This document shows positions 1 to 11,554 of a stretch of DNA of 64,000 nt, piece by piece (position 1 is the first letter of the stretch; the number at the start of each line of letters is the position of its first letter). The notes under the pieces were generated by a model that was not told the DNA's origin, did not search any database, and saw only the letters and a list, made by a program, of their open reading frames with translations. The position numbers and the translations under genes are program-made. The stretch is from contig CAMGEN010000001.1 of assembly GCA_946055075.1 (NCBI GenBank), positions 17,137-81,136 of the forward strand, read 5' to 3'. Origin of the DNA: an uncultured Verrucomicrobiota bacterium. Its GTDB lineage: Bacteria > Verrucomicrobiota > Kiritimatiellia > RFP12 > UBA1067.

Positions 1-1128
1 GGCCGCGCCGGACCGCAGCAGACGTAGAAGGTGGTGATGAGTCCGTTCTGACGGCGCGTCTCGACCTCTTTGAGGAACTCGGGGGTGAAGTGAGCGAGCC
101 CGAGGCAGAACGAGTCAATGGTGATGCCCTTGAAATTGGCGGGGTTCTGGTTGCCGGCGGTCTGGATCTTCAGCCCCGGCGCCTTGTCGCGGACGAACTC
201 GGAGATGATCTTCATGTCTTCGGGAGTGCGCTCGTCCATGGCGATGAAGGTATCTTTGAGCCATCCCTTGGCTTCGAGGTGGCTGACGAAAGCGGGAAGA
301 AACGCGCCCCAGAACTCGTTGAAGAGGTCGGAGCCGGGCTTCGCTTCGCCGCGCTGGATCTCGCCCTTGTCGTTCTCCCAACGGACTACGTATCCCCAGG
401 GGCACATCGTGTAGCAGTCGATGCGCGGACCGAGTCCGCATGCTTTCGCGAAGGCGACGTACTCGTCGAAAAGTTTGAAATTATGGGTCCATGAGCCGTC
501 TGCGTGCCGGATGTGGCGGATCATCGAATGGTAGGCGTCGTAGCACTGGTGGTTCCAGGGGAGGTCCACGAGGGTCGTGGTGATCGGTTTCACGCCGCAC
601 CAGGCGAGGGTCTTCCAGAGGATCGCCATGTGGTCATAGTGGTCTTGGGAGAAGGGCTCGTCTTCCCAGTAGCGAGCGACGGACCACGGGTGCTGCCAGA
701 GGTCGAGCAGGAATTTCCAGTCCGTAGGTTTCGGCAGCACGCGGTCGACGACGCGGACGCGGATGGGCCCGAGGTCATGCACGCCGGGTCTGGCGTCTTC
801 TGGCACGCTGAGCTTCAGGAAGGCCGGTCCGAGATCATCGTCCCCGCAGGAGAGGCCGGAGCGCCAGTGGCGCTGGCTGTCGACGAGGCGGTCGTAGCGG
901 AAGGCGATCTGCGAGCCCATGGCGGAGGTCGTGTACGGGACGGGGGTGAAGGTCATGCATTCCGCTTTGACCTCGTCATTGGTCGGAATCGCTCCGATTT
1001 CGCCTTCGAGGTTGTCGTTTAGGCGGACGATCGTCTCTTCGCCGCGCCACAGGGCGATATTTTGGGTGGGCCCTTCGTAGGCGAAGGTAGAGGAAGTGAG
1101 AATGAGGAGAGGTAATATACTTTTCATG
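1..1128 (-). CDS. secreted hypothetical protein, partial at the window edge (possible glycoside-hydrolase-like / DUF4091-like)
   Basis: Reverse-complement reading from the ATG whose complement occupies 1126-1128 gives an uninterrupted frame to position 1. It encodes MKSILPLLILTSSTFAYEGPTQ... with an N-terminal signal peptide and continues beyond the window. It is absent from the ORF track because it has no in-window stop. All forward-strand ORFs listed for 90-1022 are antisense artifacts of this gene. Confidence 0.55.
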
Positions 1129-1164
1129 ACTTCTGGAATTATACCATATTTTAACCTTTCCCTA

Positions 1165-1193
1165 TTGACTGACGCCGGATTTTTTAATAAAAT
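1165..1193 (+). promoter_or_regulatory. sigma70-like promoter candidate upstream of mreB (TTGACT, 17-nt spacer, TAAAAT)
   Basis: In the AT-rich 100-bp gap between divergent genes, TTGACT sits at 1165-1170 and TAAAAT at 1188-1193 with a 17-nt spacer. An RBS GGAA/AGAGA precedes the ATG at 1230. Confidence 0.35.
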
Positions 1194-1208
1194 AATATTA
1201 ATCATTAA

Positions 1209-2285
<1,077 letters not shown>

Positions 2286-2328
2286 GAGGATTCGGCGAAT
2301 CCCGCGATAAGAGAAGGGATTCGCCACC

Positions 2329-3117
2329 GTGAGACATACAACAACTGGAACCTATGGGATCATCGCGCTTGCTGCGGTGATTATTGGGGTTTTTGTCTTC
2401 TCCAGGGGTATGGCGGTTGAGGCGGTCTATCCGATGGAGCGGATGGCGTTGGGTTTCCGCCGCGTGGTCTGGCAGCGGATCAAAGGCATTTTCAATGGTC
2501 CGTCATATGCGGCGGAGTCAGGTCGGCTGCGTCGTGAAGTGGAGACGCTCTCGATGTTGGTTGGCGAGATTGAGCGGTTGGAGCGGGAGAATGCGTCGCT
2601 GCGTCGTTCGTTAGGGTATGCCAAACGAGAACCAGAGGAGTGGATTGCGGCGCCCGTGTTATCCGATCACTGCGGAGCTGTTGGTTCTGCGAATGCGATC
2701 AGGGTGGGGCGCGGTTCGTTGGATGGAGTGGTTGAAGGTGCGATAGTCGCCTCTCCGGACGGGCTAGTGGGCATTGTCGTTGACGTGACCGTTCATACTT
2801 GTCAGATTATGTTATTGACTGATCCGACTTTGAAGGTCTCGTGTACGATAGAACTTCCAGGAAACCGTACCGCCAGCGGAGTCCTCTCGGGGGGTGACGG
2901 TAACAAGCTTGCGATTACGCATATTCGAGGGTTGGCGAAGGAGCATAGGTTGGCGCGGGTTGTGAGCTCTGGGCGCGGTGGGGTTTTTCCGAAGGGATTT
3001 GTAGTCGGGAGGCTCGGAGAGGCATCCGCCCTGGAGAGTGGCGAGTGGACGGGGTCGGTGATTCCGGGCGTGGATTTCGATGGGCTTGAAGACGTGTTCA
3101 TAAAGCGTGAAAGATGA
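2329..3117 (+). CDS. mreC: rod shape-determining protein MreC
   Basis: 262 aa. N-terminal TM helix, a coiled-coil segment (LVGEIERLERENASLRRSL), then a beta-rich domain. It lies immediately downstream of mreB. Confidence 0.8.
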   Translation: MRHTTTGTYGIIALAAVIIGVFVFSRGMAVEAVYPMERMALGFRRVVWQRIKGIFNGPSYAAESGRLRREVETLSMLVGEIERLERENASLRRSLGYAKREPEEWIAAPVLSDHCGAVGSANAIRVGRGSLDGVVEGAIVASPDGLVGIVVDVTVHTCQIMLLTDPTLKVSCTIELPGNRTASGVLSGGDGNKLAITHIRGLAKEHRLARVVSSGRGGVFPKGFVVGRLGEASALESGEWTGSVIPGVDFDGLEDVFIKRER

Positions 3118-3559
3118 GGTGGTCCAGTTTGTCTTTATTCTTGTGGCCATCGTGATCGCGGCGGCCGCGGAAGAGCTGTTGCCTTCGTTTTTCGGCATTG
3201 GCTTCCCAGTGCTGTTGTCCGTGGTTATGATCATCGCGTCGCGGGTGAACGTGCTTCCGGGTGTGATGTCCGCGGTTGCGGCGGGTGCATTCGAGGACGC
3301 GCTTTCATCGTTGCCGCCGATGTCTTCGATTTGTTTTTTCACGATTGCGGCGCTTGTGTCGCGCAAGGCGTATTTTCCCCGTCCTTTTCTTTTGGCGGTA
3401 TTTCCTGCATATGCGGTCTGGACCAGCATGTGCAAGGCGGGTCCGATTGGTGATGCCCTAGTGTCGTTGATGCTGTCGTTGCCGCTTGGGGCGGTGGCGT
3501 TTGTGATTGTGTTGCTGGTGTTGACGTGGGCTGGCGGGAAGGCGGGATTTGATGAGTAA
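3107..3559 (+). CDS. mreD: rod shape-determining protein MreD (small polytopic membrane protein)
   Basis: 150 aa, highly hydrophobic with 4-5 TM segments. Its position between mreC and PBP2 is translationally coupled (overlaps). Confidence 0.6.
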   Translation: MKDEVVQFVFILVAIVIAAAAEELLPSFFGIGFPVLLSVVMIIASRVNVLPGVMSAVAAGAFEDALSSLPPMSSICFFTIAALVSRKAYFPRPFLLAVFPAYAVWTSMCKAGPIGDALVSLMLSLPLGAVAFVIVLLVLTWAGGKAGFDE

Positions 3560-5345
3560 TCGTTCTTCCGTGGTCAGTGACATCGCATGTTGGGGGGTGA
3601 TGACGGCGTTCGTGTTGGGGCTCGCCGTGCTAGCGGTCAATCTCTATGGAATTCAGGTCGAGGATTCGTCGCGGATGCGCTTGGCGGCTCAGGAGCAGTC
3701 GGTGCGACGTGTCCGTGTCGCGGCGCCTCGGGGCAGGATCATCGACCGCAACGGCATCGTTCTTGCCGGGAATCGTCCGTGTTTCTCGATCGTCTGTCAC
3801 TGTGAGTATTTTCAGAAGCCGAAGTGGACGGCTACGGCGCATGCGATTCTTGAGGCGGTTGACGACATAGCTCGCGCCACCGGACTGGTGTCGCCGGTTT
3901 CGGAGACTAACGTTCTACGTCATCTGCGTCAGAAGCTGTCAGTCCCGATGACGGTGTGGGATGACATCGATCGTTATTCGTTTGAGCGCTTCTGCGAGCA
4001 TTCGCGGTTGTTTCCCGGGTTCTCTGTGGTGGAGCGAGAGGAGCGCGACTATCCTAACGGGCAGCTTGCCGCGCACCTTATCGGGTTCACGGGTTCTGCG
4101 GAGGCGGCGGAATCAGACGCCGAAGGGGATTTCTATTTTCGGCAACGCGAGATGACTGGGCGTTCTGGGTTGGAGCATTTTTATGACACGTTCCTGAAGG
4201 GCGTCCCTGGGGTCGAATTCCTTACCGTGGACAGCCGGTGCTTCCTTGTTGATCGGGAGACGGCGGTAGTGGCGTTGCGTGGATTGGATCTGGAACTGGC
4301 GCTTAACTCCAGGATCCAGATGGTGGTTGAGCGGGAGTTGAAGGGAGAGCGTGGTGCCTGCGTTGTGTTGGATCCTCGGGACGGAGGCGTTCTGGCCGCC
4401 GCGAGTTCGCCGGCCTATGATCTTCGGTTGTGCGTTCCTCGGCTGACGAACGAATTGAATCGTGATTATGTGGGTAATCGGGAGTATCGCAACCGATTCT
4501 GCGGCGAGACCTACGCTCCGGGTTCGACCTTTAAGCCGATTACTGCTTTGGCTGGTCTGGCAATCGGATTTCCGCCGGATCTTCGCGTCGATTGTACCGG
4601 AGTTTACGAACTTGGAGACTGGAGGCTCAGGTGCGCGCGTCGTTGGGGGCATGGGGAGGAGGACATGCGCACAGCGCTTCGCGATAGCTGCAATCCTTAT
4701 TTTTGTACGCTCGGGAATGACATTGGGACGAATGCGATATGCAATGCGGCGAAGGCGTTTGGGCTTGGTGGTCAGACAGGTGTCGACTTCCCGGGTGAGG
4801 AATGCGGTGTCGTGCCGGACGGTGTCTGGAAGAGGCGCATCTACGGGGAGCCGTGGTATCCAGGAGATCTTCCGCAGATGTCTATCGGGCAGGGCATGTT
4901 GACTGTGACGCCGCTGCAGATGGCGTGCGTGGCTGGGGCGTTGGGTACGGGGCGGTTGGTGCGGCCGCATTTCAAGAAGACGATTCGGGAATCTACCGAT
5001 CGCGGCCCGATTCCGTTTACATCCGAACAGCTCCAGGTGGTCCGTGATGGTATGATCGCCGTTGTCAATGATCCCAAGGGGAGCGGAGTTAAGGGCGGTG
5101 AAGGAGTCGTCGATCCGGACGGCAACAAGGTCATTGTCGCGGGCAAGACCGGAACCGCCGAAGTGGGGCGGGGAGATCGTCGGCGCAAGAACACGTGGTT
5201 CATTGCGTACGCGCCGGCGGACAATCCTGTGGTCGCGGTGGCGCTGGTTGTCGAAAACGGGGTGAGCGGCGGCAGTACGGCGGCTCCAAAGGTGGCGAAT
5301 ATCCTTAAAGAGACATTCGGTAATGGTCCGAGGGTCAAGAGGTAG
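3549..5345 (+). CDS. mrdA: penicillin-binding protein 2 (peptidoglycan D,D-transpeptidase MrdA)
   Basis: 598 aa. N-terminal TM anchor, then the SxxK (GSTFKP), SxN (RDSCNPYF) and KTG (GKTGTA) transpeptidase motifs. It sits in the mreBCD-mrdA-rodA order. Confidence 0.9.
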   Translation: MMSNRSSVVSDIACWGVMTAFVLGLAVLAVNLYGIQVEDSSRMRLAAQEQSVRRVRVAAPRGRIIDRNGIVLAGNRPCFSIVCHCEYFQKPKWTATAHAILEAVDDIARATGLVSPVSETNVLRHLRQKLSVPMTVWDDIDRYSFERFCEHSRLFPGFSVVEREERDYPNGQLAAHLIGFTGSAEAAESDAEGDFYFRQREMTGRSGLEHFYDTFLKGVPGVEFLTVDSRCFLVDRETAVVALRGLDLELALNSRIQMVVERELKGERGACVVLDPRDGGVLAAASSPAYDLRLCVPRLTNELNRDYVGNREYRNRFCGETYAPGSTFKPITALAGLAIGFPPDLRVDCTGVYELGDWRLRCARRWGHGEEDMRTALRDSCNPYFCTLGNDIGTNAICNAAKAFGLGGQTGVDFPGEECGVVPDGVWKRRIYGEPWYPGDLPQMSIGQGMLTVTPLQMACVAGALGTGRLVRPHFKKTIRESTDRGPIPFTSEQLQVVRDGMIAVVNDPKGSGVKGGEGVVDPDGNKVIVAGKTGTAEVGRGDRRRKNTWFIAYAPADNPVVAVALVVENGVSGGSTAAPKVANILKETFGNGPRVKR

Positions 5346-5348
5346 GTC

Positions 5349-6506
5349 ATGCTTGCGAAGCTGAAGAGGTTGAACTGGGTGATGCTGGCGGCGGCGGTCG
5401 CGCTTGTGATCGTCGGCACCTTGACCATCTATTCGGCCGGCAATGCCCGTACTGAAAAGATTTTTCATGGACTTTGGATCAACAATCTCGTTACTGCTGT
5501 CTTCGGATTCATGATCTACTTCGTGATCGCCTTCGTCGATTACCGGAAGATTATGGCATATCTTTCGGCTCCGATTTACGGCATGGCGGTCATATTGCTG
5601 GTGGCGGTACTTCTGATCGGTACCGATCGGTTTGGTGGGCGACGGTGGCTATTCTTCTTCCAACCTAGTGAGATAGCCAAGCTCTGTGTGATTCTCTTCT
5701 TGGCGGCGGTCGTGCCGAAGCTTAAGGGAGTTGTCGGTTTTTGCATCGCGTTAGCGATTGTCGGAGTGCCGGTGCTGCTGATTCTGCTCGAACCAGACCT
5801 CGGGACCGCACTCGCCCTTGTCCCCGCTTGTGTGCTGATTATGTTTGCCGCCCGCGTCTGGCGTAGGGGATTGATGGTGATGCTCGTGTCGGGATTTCTT
5901 TTTACGGCGATGCTGCTGGGCGTAATCGGCGTTGCCGAGCGTCCAGGAGTGAGCCCCGAACGGCGTGAGCGGATAATGCGTTTCGTGCCGCTGAAGCACC
6001 ATCAGGTCAAACGCGTGAAGACCTTCATTTATCCAGAAGAGGACCGGCTGGGAGCCGGTTATACGCTTCGTCAGGCAAAGATCGCTATCGGGTCCGGGGG
6101 CTTCTTCGGCAGGGGCTTCGGCAAGGGCGAGGCCAATCATCTCAAGTATCTGCCGCCGGCGATTTCAATCAACGACTTTATCTTTTGCGTCTATGCCGAG
6201 GAGACCGGTTTCGTAGGATCGCTAGTGCTGCTGTTCTTGTTTGGGCTTCTGCTGGTACCTGGCGGCTGGGTGGCCTTCCGTTGCGATGACACTAGCGGTA
6301 GACTGCTGGTGATCGGAATCACGACATTGATTTTCGCGCACGTTTTCGTTAATATCGGCATGTCGGTCGGACTCGTTCCGATCACCGGCGTGCCACTACC
6401 TTTTATTTCTTCCGGCCGCACGTTCCTGGTGACGGTGATGGCCGGATTAGGTTTAATACAAAGTGTATCCGTATACGGAAAGGAAAATCCAAGATGGGAA
6501 TCGTAG
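5349..6506 (+). CDS. rodA: SEDS-family peptidoglycan glycosyltransferase RodA
   Basis: 385 aa polytopic membrane protein of the FtsW/RodA/SpoVE family, directly after PBP2. Confidence 0.9.
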   Translation: MLAKLKRLNWVMLAAAVALVIVGTLTIYSAGNARTEKIFHGLWINNLVTAVFGFMIYFVIAFVDYRKIMAYLSAPIYGMAVILLVAVLLIGTDRFGGRRWLFFFQPSEIAKLCVILFLAAVVPKLKGVVGFCIALAIVGVPVLLILLEPDLGTALALVPACVLIMFAARVWRRGLMVMLVSGFLFTAMLLGVIGVAERPGVSPERRERIMRFVPLKHHQVKRVKTFIYPEEDRLGAGYTLRQAKIAIGSGGFFGRGFGKGEANHLKYLPPAISINDFIFCVYAEETGFVGSLVLLFLFGLLLVPGGWVAFRCDDTSGRLLVIGITTLIFAHVFVNIGMSVGLVPITGVPLPFISSGRTFLVTVMAGLGLIQSVSVYGKENPRWES

Positions 6507-8089
6507 GCAATATTGCAGGCCTCTTCATGAAGAAGAAGTTTAAACGAGAGATCATTATCAACGTCGAACGGCTTGAGACTCGCGTGGCGGTCATTGAGAA
6601 CGGACGGCTTGAAGAGTTCATGGTCGAACATCCAGAAGAGGAGCGTCTCGTGGGCAGTGTGTTCAAGGGCCGCGTACAGAACCTTGAAAACGACCTTCAG
6701 GCGGCATTCATCGATATCGGGCTTAAAAAGAACGCGTTCCTTCATTACTGGGATATGACGCCCGATGCTGATGCGCTTCTTGATGACGACGACGAACCGC
6801 GGCAGAAGCAGAAGGGCGGCAGAAAGTCAAACCGGCTTTCCGATGCCGAAATTGCCAAGCGCTTTCCGCCGGGAAGCGAGATCATCGTTCAGGTTACGAA
6901 GGGGCCGATCTCTACAAAGGGTCCTCGTGTAACTGCCAATCTGTCGATCCCCGGGCGTTATCTTGTAATGATGCCGGGCACGAAGATCCGTGGCGTCTCC
7001 AAGAAGATAGGTGATGCCAACGAACGTAAGCGGTTGAAGAAGATTCTGGATCGTCTACCGCTTCCGGATAATGTCGGACTCGTGGTGCGTACCGTCGGTG
7101 CCGGTGCTTCGGCGAAGGCTTTCGCCCGCGACCTGAGGAATCTCCTTTCGGTCTGGAATGAGATGCAGGGGAATGTTAAGAACCTCCGCACCCCGTGCTG
7201 CATCTTTCAGGAGCCGGACCTCTGCGAGCGTGTGGTCCGTGACTGGCTTACCGAGGATGTCGACGCGATTCTGATCGATGACGAGAAGAGCTTCAATGCG
7301 ATGCGCGATGTCACCGGTATGATTTCGCGGCGTTCACGTGCCAAGATTCATCGTTATGACGGCGAGACCGGCATCTTCGAGCATTATGGCATCGAGCGTC
7401 AGCTTCGCGACGCGTTCGCGCGTCAGGTGCCCCTGAAGTCCGGCGGATACCTCGTCATCGACGAGACCGAGGCGTTGATCGCCGTTGATGTCAATACTGG
7501 ACACTATAAGGGTTCGGGCAGTCAGGAGGATGCGATTCTCGAGGTCAACCTCGAGGCGGTCGACGAGGTTGCGCGTCAGCTGCGTCTGCGTAATATCGGC
7601 GGACTCGTCATCCTCGACCTCATCGATATGAAGTCGCGGCAGCACCAGCGTAAGGTCTGTCGTGCGCTTAAGGACGCCCTGAAGCGCGATCGTGCGCGGA
7701 CGAATGTCCTTGATATCTCCGAACTCGGACTGTTGGAGATGAGTCGTCAGCGTCAGGATTCGTCAATCCTTTCGCAGCTCACCTCCACTTGTCCGTATTG
7801 CCAGGGTCACGGACTCGTGAAGTCGCCGATGGCGATTTCAATTGAGATCCAGCGCAAGCTGATCTCGCTCCTCCGTAAGGCTGAAATCGAGAAGAAGCCG
7901 TTCGAGCCGAAGATCGTCATCGCTCCTCAGGTGATGCAGCGTCTCCGTACCGAGGATTCGAAGATTCTCGCCGAGCTCCAGAACGATTACAACACGCGGC
8001 TCACTTTCGTCTCCGAGCTTCACCGTCATCCCGAGTCGTTTTCGATACTGGACGCGGCCACCTCAGAAGTGATATACTCTCAAGCATAA
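6494..8089 (+). CDS. rng: ribonuclease G (RNase E/G family, S1 domain + catalytic core, no scaffold region)
   Basis: 531 aa. N-terminal S1 domain (VGSVFKGRVQNLENDLQAAFIDIG), the DNase-I-like catalytic region with the D...D pair, and a Zn-link CPxCxGxG (CPYCQGHG). It follows the mre cluster as in E. coli (mre-yhdE-rng). Confidence 0.85.
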   Translation: MGIVGNIAGLFMKKKFKREIIINVERLETRVAVIENGRLEEFMVEHPEEERLVGSVFKGRVQNLENDLQAAFIDIGLKKNAFLHYWDMTPDADALLDDDDEPRQKQKGGRKSNRLSDAEIAKRFPPGSEIIVQVTKGPISTKGPRVTANLSIPGRYLVMMPGTKIRGVSKKIGDANERKRLKKILDRLPLPDNVGLVVRTVGAGASAKAFARDLRNLLSVWNEMQGNVKNLRTPCCIFQEPDLCERVVRDWLTEDVDAILIDDEKSFNAMRDVTGMISRRSRAKIHRYDGETGIFEHYGIERQLRDAFARQVPLKSGGYLVIDETEALIAVDVNTGHYKGSGSQEDAILEVNLEAVDEVARQLRLRNIGGLVILDLIDMKSRQHQRKVCRALKDALKRDRARTNVLDISELGLLEMSRQRQDSSILSQLTSTCPYCQGHGLVKSPMAISIEIQRKLISLLRKAEIEKKPFEPKIVIAPQVMQRLRTEDSKILAELQNDYNTRLTFVSELHRHPESFSILDAATSEVIYSQA

Positions 8090-10296
8090 TGAAGAAGACT
8101 ATCCTCGCGACATTCGCCGCGCTTTTCTCGTTTTCCGCAATCGCGGAAGAGCGCGAACGGCCTTTGAACATCCTCGCCGACATCATTCAGGTCGATCCCA
8201 AGACTGAATCGCTGGTGGCGAGCGGCAATGTTGTGGCAGTGCACGCTCCTTTCAGGATGCTCAGTTCCGGGCTTTCTCGCGACGGCGAGGATATTTACCA
8301 TTTCGGCAATCCCACGATGTTTACGACCTGTACGAACGAGGTCGGAAATCTTCATTGGCATGTCTCGGGCGCATTCGACTATAAGGACGGTGACTATGCC
8401 CTGTTGCGTGACGGCTGGGTTCATTTATGGGAGCTTCCGCTGCTCTGGGTCCCGTACCTCCGAGTTCCGCTCTGGAGTGAAGAGGGGTTGCGGATAATGC
8501 CTGGCTATGCCGGCCGTTGGGGCGCGTTCCTGATGACCAAGTACGTCTATCATATCGCGGGTAAGCGAGCGTCAGAGGATCCCGAAGGCTGGGGGCTCGA
8601 CGGCAACACGCGTTTCGATCTCCGGTATAAGCAGGGCGTGGCCGCCGGTCAGTCATTCAGCTGGCGGCTGGGGGAATTCGGTCAGGGCAGGTTCAAGGCC
8701 TATTACGCTTACGACCGGAGTGATCGCTATGACGAGTACCACGGCGACGGCGACGACTGGCATCATGACCATTGGGGCAGTCATGTTTCGGATAACCGCT
8801 ACGGCATTCAGTTCGAGCATCGTTGGGATGTCACCGAGCGTGATCGATTGCGAGCGCAGGCGGCGTATTTCAGCGATTCGTTCTTCCAGGTCGACTTCGT
8901 CCGCAAGTCGTTGTTCATGCTCAAGAACCAGTTCCTCGGTTATGATGCCAACGAGCTTGCATGGGAGCATATCGAGAACTGGTCGGGATTTGGAGTCAGT
9001 GTCTCGGGTCCGCTGAACGACTTCATCGCTGGCACCGCGCGGCTTCCGGAGTTCTATTTCGATGTCAATCCGCTGCCGGTGTTCGGGTTGCCGGTCAATT
9101 ACGAGTCACAGAATCGAGTCGGTTATCTCCGTCGTCAGTACGCGAAATTAGGCCGTGGAGACGAGGTGACGGCCTATAACCATTGTCCAGGTCTGTGGGC
9201 GGATTATGATGCGGTTCGCTTCGACACTTATCATCGTATTACGGCGCCGATGAAGTTCGCGGACGTTCTGTCCGTGGTTCCACGCGTCGCATATCGCGGT
9301 ACCTTCTGGAGCAAGACCGGTAACGACTGCCTTACCGGCTGGGAGTCGTCGCATGACGTGTCAGATAATGTTATCCGTTCGATTGTCGAAGGCGGTATAA
9401 CCTTCGCTGCCCGTGGCACTGCCGAGTTTGACGGTTGGCGGCATATGATCGAGCCTTATCTGGACGTGCTCGCGCAGAAGGCGTGGCATAACGGACTGGA
9501 TGACGGCGCGCGTCCTTACGTCTTCGATGCCGTCGACGCTTCGCTCGAGTGGTCTGATCAGTTCGCGTCGCGTGGGCGCAATCTTCCGTATTCATGGTAC
9601 GGCCTTACTCCAGGTGTCCGCAACACGCTCGATATCGCGGATGATGCCGGCGGGTTCCGTCATTATCTTGATTTCGATCTCTACTGTGTGTTGCAAGGTA
9701 ACGATACCTCGTGGCTCGGAACCGACCGTTATCATAAGCTTGCGGATGTCGGCAAGCCCAATTACGGGGAGCGCGACATGACGGCGATACCGGGTTTCCG
9801 GCTCGGTTGGCATCCGTTCTCCGGCGCGACGCTTTCGGCGCGGATGGAATACGATACGGAAAACGACACCGTCGCGATCGGCGGGTTCGGCTGGTCTCAT
9901 CGTCTCACTGATACCTTCCGGTATTTCGTCAATTTGTCGCATAACGATTTCCGCCGTTGGGACTATTCTTCGTCGCCGTACGATCCGTTGACTATGACCG
10001 GTGACGAGTTCAACGTCTTGCATTACACCTTCCTCTATGCCGGTTTCGAACACGAGCTTTGCGATGCGATCGTGTGGAGTCCGTATGTTCGTTGGGACTG
10101 CCGTAAAGACGAGCTTGATTCTGCAGGTGCGTGGATCGACTACCGTACCGATTGCCTCGGGTTCCGGCTGCTTCTCGAATTCGACGAGCCGTACACTTGT
10201 ATCGACGGCTTCCGCCGTGACCGCGATTTCAGTGTCGGTTTCTTCATTTATCTCCGGGCCTTCGGCGCCGATTTCGGCAACGTGATGATGCAGTGA
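8089..10296 (+). CDS. lptD: LPS-assembly outer-membrane protein LptD-like (OstA N-domain + large beta-barrel)
   Basis: 735 aa. A signal peptide (MKKTILATFAALFSFSAIA), an N-terminal OstA-like segment, and a long aromatic/Gly-rich beta-strand region. It is adjacent to lpxK. Confidence 0.55.
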   Translation: MKKTILATFAALFSFSAIAEERERPLNILADIIQVDPKTESLVASGNVVAVHAPFRMLSSGLSRDGEDIYHFGNPTMFTTCTNEVGNLHWHVSGAFDYKDGDYALLRDGWVHLWELPLLWVPYLRVPLWSEEGLRIMPGYAGRWGAFLMTKYVYHIAGKRASEDPEGWGLDGNTRFDLRYKQGVAAGQSFSWRLGEFGQGRFKAYYAYDRSDRYDEYHGDGDDWHHDHWGSHVSDNRYGIQFEHRWDVTERDRLRAQAAYFSDSFFQVDFVRKSLFMLKNQFLGYDANELAWEHIENWSGFGVSVSGPLNDFIAGTARLPEFYFDVNPLPVFGLPVNYESQNRVGYLRRQYAKLGRGDEVTAYNHCPGLWADYDAVRFDTYHRITAPMKFADVLSVVPRVAYRGTFWSKTGNDCLTGWESSHDVSDNVIRSIVEGGITFAARGTAEFDGWRHMIEPYLDVLAQKAWHNGLDDGARPYVFDAVDASLEWSDQFASRGRNLPYSWYGLTPGVRNTLDIADDAGGFRHYLDFDLYCVLQGNDTSWLGTDRYHKLADVGKPNYGERDMTAIPGFRLGWHPFSGATLSARMEYDTENDTVAIGGFGWSHRLTDTFRYFVNLSHNDFRRWDYSSSPYDPLTMTGDEFNVLHYTFLYAGFEHELCDAIVWSPYVRWDCRKDELDSAGAWIDYRTDCLGFRLLLEFDEPYTCIDGFRRDRDFSVGFFIYLRAFGADFGNVMMQ

Positions 10297-10309
10297 GGGG
10301 GAGTCCGTT

Positions 10310-11500
10310 TTGCGCAAGGCACGTCCAAACGGAATCGAACGGCTTGAGAGTTATCTCGTCAAGCTCATTCAGGAGAAGGGCGCCGATCAGGATTGCACGC
10401 CAGGCATCCGGTTCCTGCTGGCGGTGCTGAAGGCGCTGAGTTGCGTATTTGCGGCGGTCGTCGAAATCCGGTATCTGCTGTATCGGATCGGGTTGCTTCC
10501 CAGGTTCCCGCTCGGAGTGCAGGTCATTTCGATCGGTAACGTCACCGCCGGTGGCACGGGCAAGACCCCGGTGACCGAAATTTTCGCGCGGACGCTCGCG
10601 TCCGAAGGACGCAAGGTGGCGATCCTTTCGCGTGGTTATCGTCGCAAAGAGGCGCCGTTCTGGCAGCGGATGTTCACCCAGGTCGTTACGCCGCCGCTCG
10701 TGGTGTCCGACGGACGCCATGTTCTGCTTGACGCCGCGACCGGCGGTGACGAGCCCTACATGCTCGCGTCGAATCTTCCCGGTGTCGCAGTGGTCGTCGA
10801 TCGTAACCGCGTGAAGGCCGGTCGTTACGCGATCAAGCGGCTCGGTTGTGATACGCTTATCCTCGACGACGGTTTTCAGTATCAGAAGCTCAAGCATTCC
10901 GTCGAGGTCGTGTTGGTTGATTCGACGAATCCGTTCGGCAACGGCAATATGCTTCCCCGGGGAATTCTCCGAGAACCGGCCAGGAACCTGAAGCGCGCTG
11001 ACATCATATTCCTCACCAAATGCCGCGGTGACGTGAGCGCGGTGAAGGAGGAGGTCAGGAAGTACAACACCACCGCCGAGATTGTGGAATGCAATCACAC
11101 TCCGCGGGTGCTTAAGGACGTTTGGAGTCGCGAGGAGTATCCGTTGGAGTGGCTTCAGGGGAAGACGACGTGTACGCTTTCCGGTATCGCTTCTCCGAAA
11201 GGATTCGAGAATTCGCTCCGTCATCTCGGTGCGAAGGTCGTGTGGTGCGAACGTTACGCCGATCATCATCGTTACGACTCGTCAGAAATCCTTTACGCCC
11301 TTAACCGTACCGCCGATATGGGCGCCGATGCACTGGTGACGACGGAGAAGGACGCGGTCCGGTTCCCGCGGTTCGAAACGGTTCCGGTGCGTTGCCTTTA
11401 CCTGCGTATTGCCATTGAAATACTCGCAGGAGGGGAGAATTTCGCGGAGATTATCAACCGGATATGTTTCCGGAAGGGGTCCGAAGGACCAGTGAAGTGA
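10310..11500 (+). CDS. lpxK: tetraacyldisaccharide 4'-kinase LpxK (with about 60-aa C-terminal extension)
   Basis: 396 aa. It carries the P-loop ISIGNVTAGGTGKTP that is characteristic of LpxK. Confidence 0.85.
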   Translation: MRKARPNGIERLESYLVKLIQEKGADQDCTPGIRFLLAVLKALSCVFAAVVEIRYLLYRIGLLPRFPLGVQVISIGNVTAGGTGKTPVTEIFARTLASEGRKVAILSRGYRRKEAPFWQRMFTQVVTPPLVVSDGRHVLLDAATGGDEPYMLASNLPGVAVVVDRNRVKAGRYAIKRLGCDTLILDDGFQYQKLKHSVEVVLVDSTNPFGNGNMLPRGILREPARNLKRADIIFLTKCRGDVSAVKEEVRKYNTTAEIVECNHTPRVLKDVWSREEYPLEWLQGKTTCTLSGIASPKGFENSLRHLGAKVVWCERYADHHRYDSSEILYALNRTADMGADALVTTEKDAVRFPRFETVPVRCLYLRIAIEILAGGENFAEIINRICFRKGSEGPVK

Positions 11501-11554
11501 AACGGAGCGCGGGGAATTTGATATAATAAGAAGAAAGTTTGCGGAGGAAAAGCA

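Noticed and set aside
4113-5468. 451-aa minus-strand ORF antisense to PBP2/rodA
   Set aside because: It is a typical long antisense open frame of a high-GC coding region. It has no motifs. PBP2 on the plus strand has a full motif set.
8700-8790. Asp/His/Tyr-rich low-complexity stretch in lptD (DEYHGDGDDWHHDHWGSH)
   Set aside because: It is not a nucleotide tandem repeat. It is probably a lineage-specific loop, and I could not assess it further.
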